Positions 34,678 through 43,915 of a stretch of DNA of 64,000 bases are shown here, one piece after another. The notes under the pieces were generated by a model, which ran no database searches, was not told where the DNA came from, and worked only from the letters and a program-made list of their open reading frames with translations. The stretch spans positions 1,481 to 65,480 of the forward strand of contig CAVZSO010000009.1 of the NCBI GenBank assembly GCA_963777975.1, given 5' to 3'. Source of the DNA: an uncultured Chloroflexia bacterium (lineage in GTDB: Bacteria; Chloroflexota; Limnocylindria; Limnocylindrales; CSP1-4). The translations under genes and the position numbers were made by a program. Position 1 is the first letter of the stretch. The number at the start of each line of letters is the position of its first letter.

Positions 34678-35034
34678 TCAGCGCGTGAGCTCGACGGCGC
34701 GGCGCGCCTCGAGCTCGTTCGGGTTCTGCCCGTAGCCCGCCGTGACATAGGAGAGCCACATCCAGAGGCGGCCGTGCTGCTCCTGCCAGACGTGGCAGAG
34801 CTCGTGGCAGATGAGATCGTCCGAGACCTCGGCGAGCGGGTGGCGGATGAAGATCTGCTCGCAGGACTCGTAGCCCTGGAAGCGCCGGAACCACGGCAGC
34901 CGGAACAGCCACGGCGCGTGCCGGATCCGTGTCCGCGCGGTGCTGACCGGGCGCTCGTGGAAGCCGAGCCGGTCCAGCCGCGCCTTCGCGCGGGCCAGCG
35001 CCGCGCGCTCCTCGGAGCTGCCGCGCGCCGCCAT
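34678..35034 (-). CDS. Minimal HExxH zincin-like protein (pattern reminiscent of DUF4157)
   Basis: Intact 118 aa: ...FQGYESCEQIFIRHPLAEVSDDLICHELCHVWQEQHGRLWMWLSYV... ATG 35034 lies 2 nt after the stop (TAG 35037-35039) of the ATPase gene. Confidence 0.55.
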   Translation of the reverse strand: MAARGSSEERAALARAKARLDRLGFHERPVSTARTRIRHAPWLFRLPWFRRFQGYESCEQIFIRHPLAEVSDDLICHELCHVWQEQHGRLWMWLSYVTAGYGQNPNELEARRAVELTR

Positions 35035-35036
35035 GC

Positions 35037-37028
35037 CTACAGCGCGCCCAGCAGCTCCTTGAGGCGGTCCTCGCCGCGGTCGTCGAGGTCGCCGAGCAGG
35101 GGCTCGACGTACACCGAGAAGGCCTCGCGGGCGAGCGTGCGCTCGTCGGCGGGCTCGATCGCGTTGCGCTCGGCGGCGTATGCGGCGGCGGCGGTGAACA
35201 CGCCGGCTCCGAGCGGCCGCAGCTCGCGCAGGTCGAGCAGCCGCTCGGCGGCGTTGGCCGCCGCGTGGTCGCCGCCCGCGGCGTGCTCGAGCAGCGCGCC
35301 GAGGTCCGACTCGGCCGGGAACGGGACCTCGATGTGGGCGAAGCGCCGCGCGAGCGCGGGCGATGCCTTCAATGGCCCGCCGGCGGTGGCCACGACGCGC
35401 CAGTCCGAGGGCGGCTTGACCTCCTCGCCGCCCGGCATCGTCAGCGGCAGGCCGCCGAGGAACGAGCTGAGGCCGCCGAGCGCCTTGTCGGCCTTGGCGC
35501 GGTCGAGCTCGTCGATGACGAGCCAGCGGCCGCGGGTCGCGGCGTCGGGGACGGTGCCCGTGGTGGCGGGGCGGCCGTCGGACGCGGGGCGGCCGAGCGC
35601 CTCTCCTGGCGCTCCAGTGCCCGGTCGGCGTGTACATGACGGCGCCGCCGGCGCGCCCGGACGTGACGGCGGCACGGGCGACGGCGAGCGCCAGCGTCGT
35701 CTTGCCGGAGCCCGCGGGGCCGGTCAGCACGACGTGGCGGCCGGCGCCAGCGCGGCGGCGAGCGAGGCGTAGGCCGAGCTCGGCAGGCGCAGGCCCTGCC
35801 CCTCCGCGGCGGCGCGGATCGCGCCCGCGTCGAGGAAGCCGCTCGGTTGGCGCGGCAGGGGCGGCGGGACCTCGGAGAGCCGCGGCGGCGCGGCGGCCGC
35901 GGCCGGCGCGGGCGCGGGCGCGGGCTCGGCGGGCTGCGAGATGACCGTCGGCGCGTCCTGCGGGGGCGACGGCTCGGGGGCGGGCGGCTCGGGCTCGGGA
36001 GCCGGGGGCTCAGGCTCGGGCGCCGGCGGTTCGGGCTCCGGCTCGGGCGCCGGCGGCTCGGGCTCCGCGGCCGGCGTCTTCGGTGCGGCCGCGCCGACGG
36101 CGGTGTAGGTGCTCGTGGCGTCGTCGGGATCGGCCGTCTCCCAGATGTCCGCGGGCGGCGTCGGGGGGCCGGGCGGCGCCGCGGGGGCCGGCGAAGGCTC
36201 GGGCGCCGGGACCGGGACGGGCGCCCCCGGGCCGACGTCCTGCCACTCGTCCTCCTCCTCGTCAGCCGCGGCGGGCGCGGGCGCGGGTGCGGCGGGAGGC
36301 TCCGGGGCAGCCAAGGGCTCCGGCTCGGCCTCGGGCTCCGGCTCCGGCTCGGCGTGCAGCCGGTTCCATTCCGCCTCGCCCTCGGCGCGCACGGCGTCCG
36401 CCCCGCCGGGGTTGAGCTGCGCGGCGATGTCGGTCATCGACATGTGGATGGGCAGCGTGAGCTCGTTCTTGGTGTCCTGCCCGGTCGGGGTCAGGGCGCG
36501 CTGGTCGTCGATCATGCGCATGTCGGCCATCAGCGCGAGGTAGCGCTCGCCCTGGTTCTCCAGCGTGTTGTCGTTGTCCCAGCCGGCGCGGCCGAGGTAG
36601 CTGAGCGAGCGGCCGAAGTCGAGCCGGGAGATGCGCGTCGCCGGCGGCACGGACGAGAGCAGGCTCAGGCCGATCGCGAGCCCGTGGTAGATCGAGTCCG
36701 TCATGTGCTTCTCGAGCAGTTGGCGCCGCAGCCAGTCGGCCTGCGCCTCCGAGACCTCGAACGGCGCGTCCTGGTCGCCGGCGCGGGTGTAGCGCTTGCC
36801 GATCTCCGTCAGCTCGACGACCCCGCGGTCCTCCTTCAGCAGGCCCGCGGAGCGGGCGTAGGAGACGAACTGGCGCGTCCGGCCCTGCGCGTTGTCGAGT
36901 CCGGGCGGGAACAGATCCTCGTTCTGGAACTCCGTGACGAACTCGTCGAGCCGGACGCGGTCGCGGGTGGAGATGGCCCGCAGGAGGCCATGGGACTCGC
37001 CGATACGGGGGGCCGGGATGGGACGCAT
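35037..37028 (-). pseudogene. Multidomain protein: N-terminal winged-helix-like region, Pro/Glu/Ala-rich linker, and C-terminal McrB/AAA_5-type P-loop ATPase; two frame breaks (near 35740 and 35590)
   Basis: ORF 35724-37028 (434 aa, intact) ends ...LPSSAYASLAAALAPAATSC*. The +2 frame continues directly as AGRHVVLTGPAGSGKTTLALAVARAA (Walker A, whose beta-1 strand has no in-frame start codon). ORF 35037-35675 then gives GRWLVIDELDRAKADKALGGLSSFLGGLPLTMPGGEEVKPPSDWRVVATAGG..SPALARRFAHIEVPFP. Confidence 0.6.
35969..36074. repeat. Imperfect tandem DNA repeats (about 24-nt unit) encoding (PEPEPPAPE)n in the linker
   Basis: ggctcgggggcgggcggctcgggctcgggagccgggggctcaggctcgggcgccggcggttcgggctccggctcgggcgccggcggctcgggctccgcggccggc. 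On the minus strand this translates to EPEPPAPEPEPEPPAPEPEPPAPEPEPPAPEPSPP. Confidence 0.7.
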
Positions 37029-37040
37029 CGCCCGACCTTA

Positions 37041-37078
37041 ACGGGACGCGCGCGGCCCTGGAAGGACCGCGCGCGCCC
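37041..37078 (-). terminator. GC-rich hairpin between the Lys/Ala/Pro-rich gene and the ATPase operon (possible terminator or attenuator)
   Basis: ACGGGACGCGCGCGGCCCTGGAAGGACCGCGCGCCCGT. The outer arms ACGGG/CCCGT and CGCGCG/CGCGCG pair around one bulge. It starts 10 nt after the stop at 37088. There is no clear U-tract. Confidence 0.35.
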
Positions 37079-37087
37079 GTGCAGGGT

Positions 37088-37750
37088 TCAGGAGCCGGTC
37101 TTCGCGGGCGTCTTGGCGATCTGCGCCGCCTCGCCCGCCTTCGTGGTCTCGACCGTCGCCGCCGCGCCGCCGTCTCCGGCCGCGGCGGTCGGCTTCGGCT
37201 CCGCGAGCGTCGCCTTCGGCGTCGCCACGGGCTCCGGCTTCGCGGCCACGGGCTTCGGCGCCGGAGCGGCCGGATCCGGCTTCGGCTCGGCGGCCGCGGG
37301 CTTGGGCGCCGGAGCGGGCTTGGGCTTCGCCGCCGCCGGCTTGGGCTTCACGGGCGGCGGCGCGCTCGCGGCGGGCGGCGTCGCGGTCGTGCCCGCGGCC
37401 TTCGGCTTGGCGGCCGCGCGCGGCTTCTTCGGCGCGGTGCCCGACTTCGGCGCGCCCGCAGCGCCCATCTTGGGCGCTCCGCCGGCGGCCGTGCGCGAGC
37501 GCGGCTTGGCGGCCGGGCGCGACTTGGTCGCGGTGCCGGTGGCGGCGCCCCTCGCGCGAGCGGTCTTCGTGGAGCCCGCGCCCGTGGTGCGGGCGCGCGG
37601 CTTCGCGGGCGGAGCCGCGGCCGGCTCGGGCGTCACGGTCGCGCTCTCCTCCCCGCCGCGGAGGCGGCCGACCAACCCGGCGACTTCATTGACGGCGTTC
37701 TTTCCGGCGCCGGCGACGGCGCCGATGATGTTCTTGGGATTGAGTGCCAT
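37088..37750 (-). CDS. Lys/Ala/Pro-rich basic protein (histone-H1/HupB-tail-like low complexity)
   Basis: Intact from MALNPKNIIGAVAGAGKNAVNEVAGLVGRL, followed by ...KPRAAAKPKAAGT...VKPKPAAAKPKPAPAPKPAAAEPKP... A GGAAGG-like RBS lies upstream of ATG 37750. Confidence 0.55.
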   Translation of the reverse strand: MALNPKNIIGAVAGAGKNAVNEVAGLVGRLRGGEESATVTPEPAAAPPAKPRARTTGAGSTKTARARGAATGTATKSRPAAKPRSRTAAGGAPKMGAAGAPKSGTAPKKPRAAAKPKAAGTTATPPAASAPPPVKPKPAAAKPKPAPAPKPAAAEPKPDPAAPAPKPVAAKPEPVATPKATLAEPKPTAAAGDGGAAATVETTKAGEAAQIAKTPAKTGS

Positions 37751-37779
37751 CCGGGAGGCCTTCCCGCAGGCACGGGCCG

Positions 37780-38022
37780 CTACACAGGCAGCGGGAACGG
37801 GTCGCCGCAGGCGACGGCGAGGGCCTCGGAGGGCGTCAGAATGCGCACCGGAGTCCCGTCGGACGCGCGCAGCTCCGCGCGGATGCGGCCCGAGAAGCGG
37901 CCGAGATCGAAATGCAGCTCGTAGGCGCCCTCGACGGCTGCCTGAGCCCGCTCCCACGCTGCGTCGATCTCGTCCAGGACCTCAGGCGGCGGCCCTGCCG
38001 GGAGCGTGTGGGAGCGGGTCAT
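37780..38022 (-). CDS. Hypothetical 80-aa protein
   Basis: Intact: MTRSHTLPAGPPPEVLDEIDAAWERAQAAVEGAYELHFDLGRFSGRIRAELRASDGTPVRILTPSEALAVACGDPFPLPV. No family confidently recognised. Confidence 0.4.
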   Translation of the reverse strand: MTRSHTLPAGPPPEVLDEIDAAWERAQAAVEGAYELHFDLGRFSGRIRAELRASDGTPVRILTPSEALAVACGDPFPLPV

Positions 38023-38117
38023 CAGGAAGCTGATCTTCTTCAGGAAGGAACTCGCTGCATTCCTTACATCGGCGCGGCCGCGCCGCGCGCGATGGGGTCG
38101 CCACCCCACGAGGCCGC

Positions 38118-38876
38118 TCACAGGCCCGGCGGGTGGCGCGCGACGAAGCCGGCGTTCGAGCGCATCGTGTTCGTCCAGCGCGAACCGGTCTCCCGCGGGC
38201 CGGAGGTGTCGAAGCGGACGCCGGCGACGACCAGGTAGACATGGCCGTGGTTGGCGTAGATCGTCACCCACTTGCCCTGTCCGGCCTCGCCCCACGACAT
38301 CAGCGGGCCGGAGGCGAGCGGCGCGGAGGCAGGCCGGCGGAGGCGAGCACGAACGACACCGAGCCGGAGCAGTCGTAGCCCGTGTCGATCCACTTGCCGT
38401 GGCCGCCGCCCCACTTGTAGGGGGTGCGCGCGATCGAGTTGCCGGCCTCGATGATCTGGCGCACGGCCTCGGGCGCCTCGAGCGGCGGCAGGGCGACGCC
38501 GTTGGAGAGCGCGGTCGCGGTCGTGGTGCTGGGCGTGGACCTCCGACAGCACGCCGGTGGGCTTGCGCCCGCCCGTGCTGGCGGGAGAGGTGGGCTTCGG
38601 GCCGGGCTCGTCGAGACCGGGGTCGTCCTCAGCCGGCTCGGCGGCGCCGCTGCCGGCGTCTCCGGCCTGCGGCTGGACGACGCGCGCCCGCAGCTTCTTC
38701 GGCAACGGCGGCAGCTTCGACTCGCTGCGCGGCTCGGACTTCTTGCCCGTCAGGTCCGGCGAGCCCTTCTCGTCACCGGCCGCGCCGATCGCCAGGTAGC
38801 CGCCGCCGATCACGGCGAGGCCGACCAGGCAGGCGAGCAGGGCGGTGCGGCGCATCCACCGAGTATGGCGGCGCAT
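38118..38876 (-). pseudogene. Secreted NlpC/P60-type cell-wall hydrolase, paralog of 16130-16914; frame changes
   Basis: MRRHTRWMRRTALLACLVGLAVIGGGYLAIGAAG, a Lys/Pro-rich spacer, then (other frame) IARTPYKWGGGHGKWIDTGYDCSGSVSFVL and MSWGEAGQGKWVTIYANHGHVYLVVAGVRFDTSG...GFVARHPPGL followed by a stop. Confidence 0.65.
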
Positions 38877-39502
38877 CAGCGTCCCCTGCTCCAGAAGGAG
38901 GTCCTGGCGGCGGCGCCGCGCCTGGTCATGCCGATGTGCACGTGATCGCGGTGCGCGATCGTCGTGGTCGACTCTTGCGCTTGAGCTTGCCGCGCTTGCC
39001 GTAGCAGACGCTGGTACGGGCTGAACTCGGTCATCCCGGCGCCCCAGTAGCCGCAGTCCCAGATCAGCTCCTCGACGCCCATGCGGCGGGCGAGCGCCTG
39101 CGGGTTGCCCGCCGCGTCGGGCGCCAGCAGCAGGCGGATCAGCCGCTCGGCGGCCGCGCCGGTCGGCGCGGTCCGAGACGTCCAGGTGCCAGTCGATCGC
39201 GCGGTTCTCGGCGTGCAGCGACGCCTGGCCCTTGCCCCACTTCTCACAGCGGTAGGAGCCCCAGAAGACGCCGCGCGCGTTGGCCTCGAGCCAGCGCTGC
39301 AGCGCGAGCATCCCGGGCCGCGGGCCTTCGGCGTGCACTGGCGCGCGCCGTCGTAGATGGAGTCCTCGATCGGCAGCGACAGCAGCCGGTCGGCCGGGTT
39401 GCCCGCGACGGGGGCGGGGTTCTCGGGCAGGCGCACCATCGCGGAGGCGGAGCCCGCGAAGGAGAGCAGGAGCAGCGAGCAGATCAGGGAGAGGCGGATC
39501 AT
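38876..39502 (-). pseudogene. Secreted LAS-fold (hedgehog/DD-peptidase, M15-like) zinc peptidase candidate; frame changes
   Basis: Signal MIRLSLICSLLLLSFAGSASA. SLHAENRAIDWHLD fits SxHxxGxAxD-type metal ligands, and a C-terminal HRDHVHIG supplies HxH. The stop overlaps the ATG of the NlpC/P60 gene (ATGA). Confidence 0.5.
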
Positions 39503-39539
39503 CCCCCAGACGAATCGGCGTCTCCCCGGATCGCTTGAA

Positions 39540-40631
39540 TCAGGCCGGCACGGGGAGGCCCATCGCCTGCGCCAGGTCCGCGACCAGGTCCGCGGCCGCC
39601 TCGATGCCGCACGAGAGGCGCACGAGGTCGGCCGGGACGGCCGCGTCGGAGCCCTCGACGGACTGGTGCGTCATCGCCTGCGGGACCTCGAGCAGCGACT
39701 CGACGCCGCCGAGCGACTCCGCCAGCGAGAAGATCCGACGTCGCGCGCGGCGATGCCGGCGGCGTCCGGGTGGCGGAAGGAGACCATGCCGGCGAAGCCG
39801 GGCCAGCGGACGTCGCTCACGCCCGGCGCGCTCGCGCAGGAACGCCACCACGGCGCGCGCGTTCTCGGTGTGCGCCGCCATGCGCAGGTGCAGCGTGCGC
39901 AGGCCGCGGTGCACGAGGAAGCAGTCGAGCGGCCCGGGCACCGCGCCGACCGAGTTCTGGACGAAGCGCACGCCGCTCGTGCAGCGCGCGGGTCGCGCAC
40001 GATCACGGCGCCGCCGACGGTGTCGGAGTGCCCGCCGAGGTACTTCGTCGTGGAGTGCACGACGGCGTCCGGCGCCGAGCTCCAGCGGGCGCTGGTAGAC
40101 CGGCGTGGCGAACGTGTTGTCGACCGCGACGAAGGCGCCGCCCTTGCGCGCCACGATCGCCCTCGACGTCGACGACGTTCAGCGTCGGGTTGGTCGGCGT
40201 CTCGACCCAGATGAGCTTCGTCTCCGGCCGCACCGCGGCGGCGACGGCGTCGAGGTCGCACTGGTCGACCATCGTGTACTCGAGCCCCCAGCGCGAGAGC
40301 ACCTTGTCGACGAGCCGGTAGGTGCCGCCGTAGAGGTCGTCGGGGATGATCGACGTGGTCGCCCGCCGTGCAGACGGCGGTGATCAGCGCGTGCGTCGCC
40401 GGCCATGCCGGAGGCGAACGCGGTCGCGCGGCCGCCCTCGAGCTCGCCGAGCGCCTTCTCGAGCTGCGTGCGCGTCGGGTTCGCCGAGCGCGAGTAGTCG
40501 TAGTCCTCGACGAACTCGCCGGGCGCCTTCTGCACGTAGGTGGAGGCCTGGTGGATCGGCGGGACGACGCCGCCGAAGCACGGGTCGGGATCCAGCCCGG
40601 CGTGGACGGCGCGGGTCGCGAAGCGGGTCAC
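39540..40631 (-). pseudogene. Cystathionine gamma-synthase/gamma-lyase family PLP enzyme (Cys/Met metabolism); frame changes
   Basis: VTRFATRAVHAGLDPDP..GGVVPPIHQASTY, YSRSANPTRTQLEKALGELEGG, KLIWVETPTNPTLNVVD, VDNTFATPVYQRPLELGA, FSLAESLGGVESLLEVPQAMTH, and LVRLSCGIE. Confidence 0.8.
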
Positions 40632-42003
40632 GAGGCCAGCGACTCGAGCAGGTCCGCGCGGGTGACGATGCCGACCGGGCGGCCGTTCTCGGAGACCGTG
40701 AGCGCCTGGCGGTCGCCGGCGAGCAGCTCGACGACCTCGCGCACGGGGTCGCCGGAGGACACGCTCGGGAACGGCGCCTCCATCACGTCGGAGATCGCGG
40801 CGCCCATCAGGCCGGGGTTGTCGACCGCGTGCTTGAGCAGGCCGCGCTCGCCGACCGAGCCGACGATCTCGTCCGGATCGCCCGCGGCGACCACCGGGAG
40901 CTGCGAGACGCGGTGCTCGTGCAGCAGCGCGATCGCGTCGCGCACGTTCTGGCCCGTCTCGACGACCACGAACGGCGGGATGTCCCCCGCCGCCGTCTTC
41001 GCGCGCAGCACCTCGCCGACGCGCGGTCGGCCGCGGTCCAGGAACCCGTGCTGGGCCATCCAGGTGTCGTTGAAGATCTTCGACAGGTAGCGCGCGGCCG
41101 CCGTCGGGCAGGACGACCGCGACCATCGCGTCCGGGTCGTCGATGCCGGCCGCGACCTCCAGCGCCGCGTGCACGGCCAGGCCGCAGGAGCCGCCGACGA
41201 GCAGGCCCTCGGTCTCGGCCAGCCGGCGCGTGGTGAGGAACGAGTCCTTGTCGGAGACCGTCACGTAGCGGTCCACGACCGACGGGTCGTACGTCGACGG
41301 CCAGAAGTCCTCGCCGACGCCCTCGACGAGGTACGGATGGACCTCCTCGCTGGAGTAGATCGAGCCGACGGGGTCGGCGCCGATCACCTGGATCTCCGGG
41401 TTCTGCTCCTTGAGGTAGCTTGCCGGTGCCGGTGATCGTCCCGCCCGTGCCGACGCCGATCACGAGGTGCGTGACCTTGCCGCCGGTCTGGCGCCAGAGC
41501 TCCGGGCCCGTCGTCTCGTAGTGCGTCTGCGGGTTGGCCGGGTTGGCGTACTGGTTGGGCTGGAACGCGCCCGGGATCTCGCGCGTGAGCCGGTCGGCGA
41601 CCCGGTAGTAGGCCTGCGGCGAGTCGGGATCGACGTCCGTCGGCGTGACGACGACCTCGGCGCCGTAGGCGCGCAGCAGGTCGATCTTCTCCTCGGACAT
41701 CTTGTCCGGCATCACCGCGATCACGCGGTAGCCCTTGAGGCGGGCGGCGATCGCGAGGCCGGTGCCGGTGTTGCCCGAGGTCGGCTCGATGATCGTGCCG
41801 CCGGGCTTGAGCCGCCCGTCGCGCTCGGCCGCCTCGATCATGCGCATCGCCACGCGGTCCTTGATCGAGCCGCCCGGGTTGAAGTACTCCATCTTGGCCA
41901 CGACCTGCGGCGTCAGCCCCGCGCCGATGCGCGACAGGCGCACGAGCGGCGTGTCGCCGATCGTGTCGAGGATGGAGTCCTTGATGTCCGCGGGAGCGGC
42001 CAT
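40628..42003 (-). pseudogene. Cystathionine beta-synthase (PALP domain plus CBS pair); frame changes
   Basis: ILDTIGDTPLVRLSRI, KMEYFNPGGSIKDRVAMRMIEAAERDG, IIEPTSGNTGTGLAIAA, VIGVGTGGTITG, GVGEDFWP, LLVGGSCG, then the CBS-pair region VGEVLRAK...HRVSQLPVV...GIVTRADLL. Confidence 0.8.
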
Positions 42004-42013
42004 GCGCCCAACC

Positions 42014-43331
42014 TTATCGGGGCGGGCAGGCAGTCCAGATCTCCCAGTCGGGCACCGCCGCGACGCGGGTGAGGCCGGTGCGGAAGCGGTCCGGCTCGTA
42101 CGGCTCGCCGTCCAGCGGAGGCGCGCGGACGAGCACGCGGGTCGGGTCGCGCGGCTGGTCGAGGAAGGCGATCGGGACGTGGAGGCGGGAGGCGACGAGC
42201 GCGCGCCAGTAGTAGCCCGACTGCACGTTGCCGCAGCGCTCGAGCGCGGCGAGGCCGCCCGCGCGGGCGATCGCCGTGTCGAGGTGCTCGCGCTGGCTCG
42301 CGCGCCAGGCGATCGAGTCGAGGTCGCGGTCGAGGTGGCCCATCTGGGTGATCGCGAGCGCGAGGCAGAGCACCGCGGCCGCGACCGGGGCGGCGCGCCC
42401 GAGCCGCACCACCCCGGCGCCCGCGAGCACGCAGAACAGCGCCTCGGCCGGCACGAGGTAGCGCGGGTTGCCGGCGAAGCCGCCCTGCGCGGAGAGCGCC
42501 ACGATCAGCACGTAGGCGACCCCGCCGAGCGCCATCGCGCGCAGCACCGGATCGGCCCGCCGCCACGGCACGACCGCGGCCACCGCGAACGGCGCGGCGA
42601 CGATGCCGAGCTGGTCGACCGCGTCCCACAGCGAGGCGAGGAACGGCACGTCGGCGAGCTGGGCCGAGCCCTCCGAGGCCGTCTTGCGCGCCGTGCTGCC
42701 GGCGGCGAACAGGCCCTCGGTGCCGAGCGCGTCGGGCAGCAGCCAGCCGATGGCGATGGCGACGAGCCCGAGCGCGGGCGCGAGCCGGTCGCCCTCGCGC
42801 CACAGCCACAGGCCGTAGAGGCCGAGGAAGGGCCAGATCTCCGGCCGCAGCAGCCCGGCCGTGACGCCGAGCGCGAGCGCGGCGCGGCGGTGGCCGGCGA
42901 GGTGCGCGATCACCGCCCACAGCACCGCGGCGGCGAGCCAGCCCTCGGAGTTGCCGAGCGCGCTGTTGAGCAGCCACCACGGGCTGACCGCCATCACGAA
43001 CGCCGCGACGGCGCCGGCGAGCCGCCCGGCCAGCCGCTCCCCGAGCGCGTACGCGCCCGCGAGCGCGAGCAGCCCGCCCATCCGGCCGAGCGCCGCCCAG
43101 ACGGGCTCGGCGTCGCGGTCCAGCGGCGCCAGCAGCGTCGTGACGAGCACGCTCAGCGGCTTCCACGTCGGCCCGCCCTCCGTGTCCAGCTGCCCGTGGA
43201 AGGCGTCGTGGCCCCAGGTGACCCAGACCTGCGGGTCGAAGGCGAGCGCCCACGGCAGCACGACCACCGACAGGGCGGCGAGCACGGCGCACGCCGGGAC
43301 GAGCGCCGCGGACCGGGTCACGCGGCGGGCC
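42014..43331 (-). CDS. GT-C-like polytopic membrane protein, paralog B (intact)
   Basis: This is the part of the single-frame 546-aa ORF that starts at GTG 43331, which overlaps the upstream stop (GTGA). Sequence: VTRSAALVPACAVLAALSVVVLPWALAFDPQVWVTWGHDAFHGQLDTEGGPTWKPLSVLV..., LNSALGNSEGWLAAAVLWAV, LLRPEIWPFLGLYGLWLW, and AQGGFAGNPRYLVPAEALFCVLAGAG. Confidence 0.6.
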
Positions 43332-43899
43332 GCCGGGCGACGAGCCGCAGGTGCGTGTCCGGCCACGGCAGCGCGGCCTCGCGCTCGCGGGGGCAGCGGG
43401 CGGGGTGCGAAGCGGTGCTCGACCAGCCACGGGTTGGTGAAGCCGTGCGAGCCGGGCGCCACCTCGAAGCCCGCTCGCGTGCCGCCCGCTCCCAGTCCGA
43501 TCGGCCGGCCGCACGACGTCACGCAGCTGCGACCACTTGCGCGCGGCGCCCGTGTCGAAGGCGCGCGCGTAGGTGTTGTAGTCGCGCGTCTCGGACAGCG
43601 CGTCGGTGAGCAGCGGGTCGGTGGGGCACGTCGTCGACGGGATAGACGAGGCACTCCGTCGCCGACAGCGCGGAGTAGCGCTCGATCTGCGCCTCGCGGC
43701 GATGGGCGGGGAGCGGGTTGCGGCGCGTCGTGCCGTGGTCGGCGCTGGTGACCGCGAACACGACCTGCGCGCCGCGGCAGTCGGCCTGCTCGCCCTTGGT
43801 GTCGGGCACGCCGACCGCCACCGCCCGCTCCAGGTAGGCGGCCTGGAAGCGCGTCAGCAGGTGGTGGCGACCGGGGAAGAGGACGTAGGCGTAGGCCAT
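43328..43899 (-). pseudogene. Divergent nucleotidyltransferase-fold protein (NadM/NMNAT-like); frame changes
   Basis: MAYAYVLFPGRHHLLTRFQAAYLERAV sits in the position of the (H/T)xGH motif but is degenerate. Also VVFAVTSADHGTTRRNPLPAHRREAQIERY (compare the NadM 'SA....NPF...ER' block), then ...GSHGFTNPWLVEHRF...LPWPDTHLRLVARRPAA followed by a stop. Confidence 0.45.
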
Positions 43900-43915
43900 C
43901 CCGGCCGGGATCGTG

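Noticed and set aside
35724-35745. Programmed ribosomal frameshift joining the linker to the ATPase domain
   Set aside because: There is no slippery heptamer or obvious downstream pseudoknot. The window is full of similar breaks that look like indel errors.
35969-36074. Periodic repeats that might suggest a CRISPR array (also 51300-52400)
   Set aside because: The repeats are contiguous with no spacers, are imperfect, and lie within coding low-complexity (PEPEPPAPE / RG-rich) regions.
37780-38022. FlaG-like pattern (…LHFDLGRFSGRIRAELRASDGTPVRILTPSEAL…)
   Set aside because: This is a resemblance of pattern only. There are no flagellar genes nearby, and I cannot verify it without a profile search.
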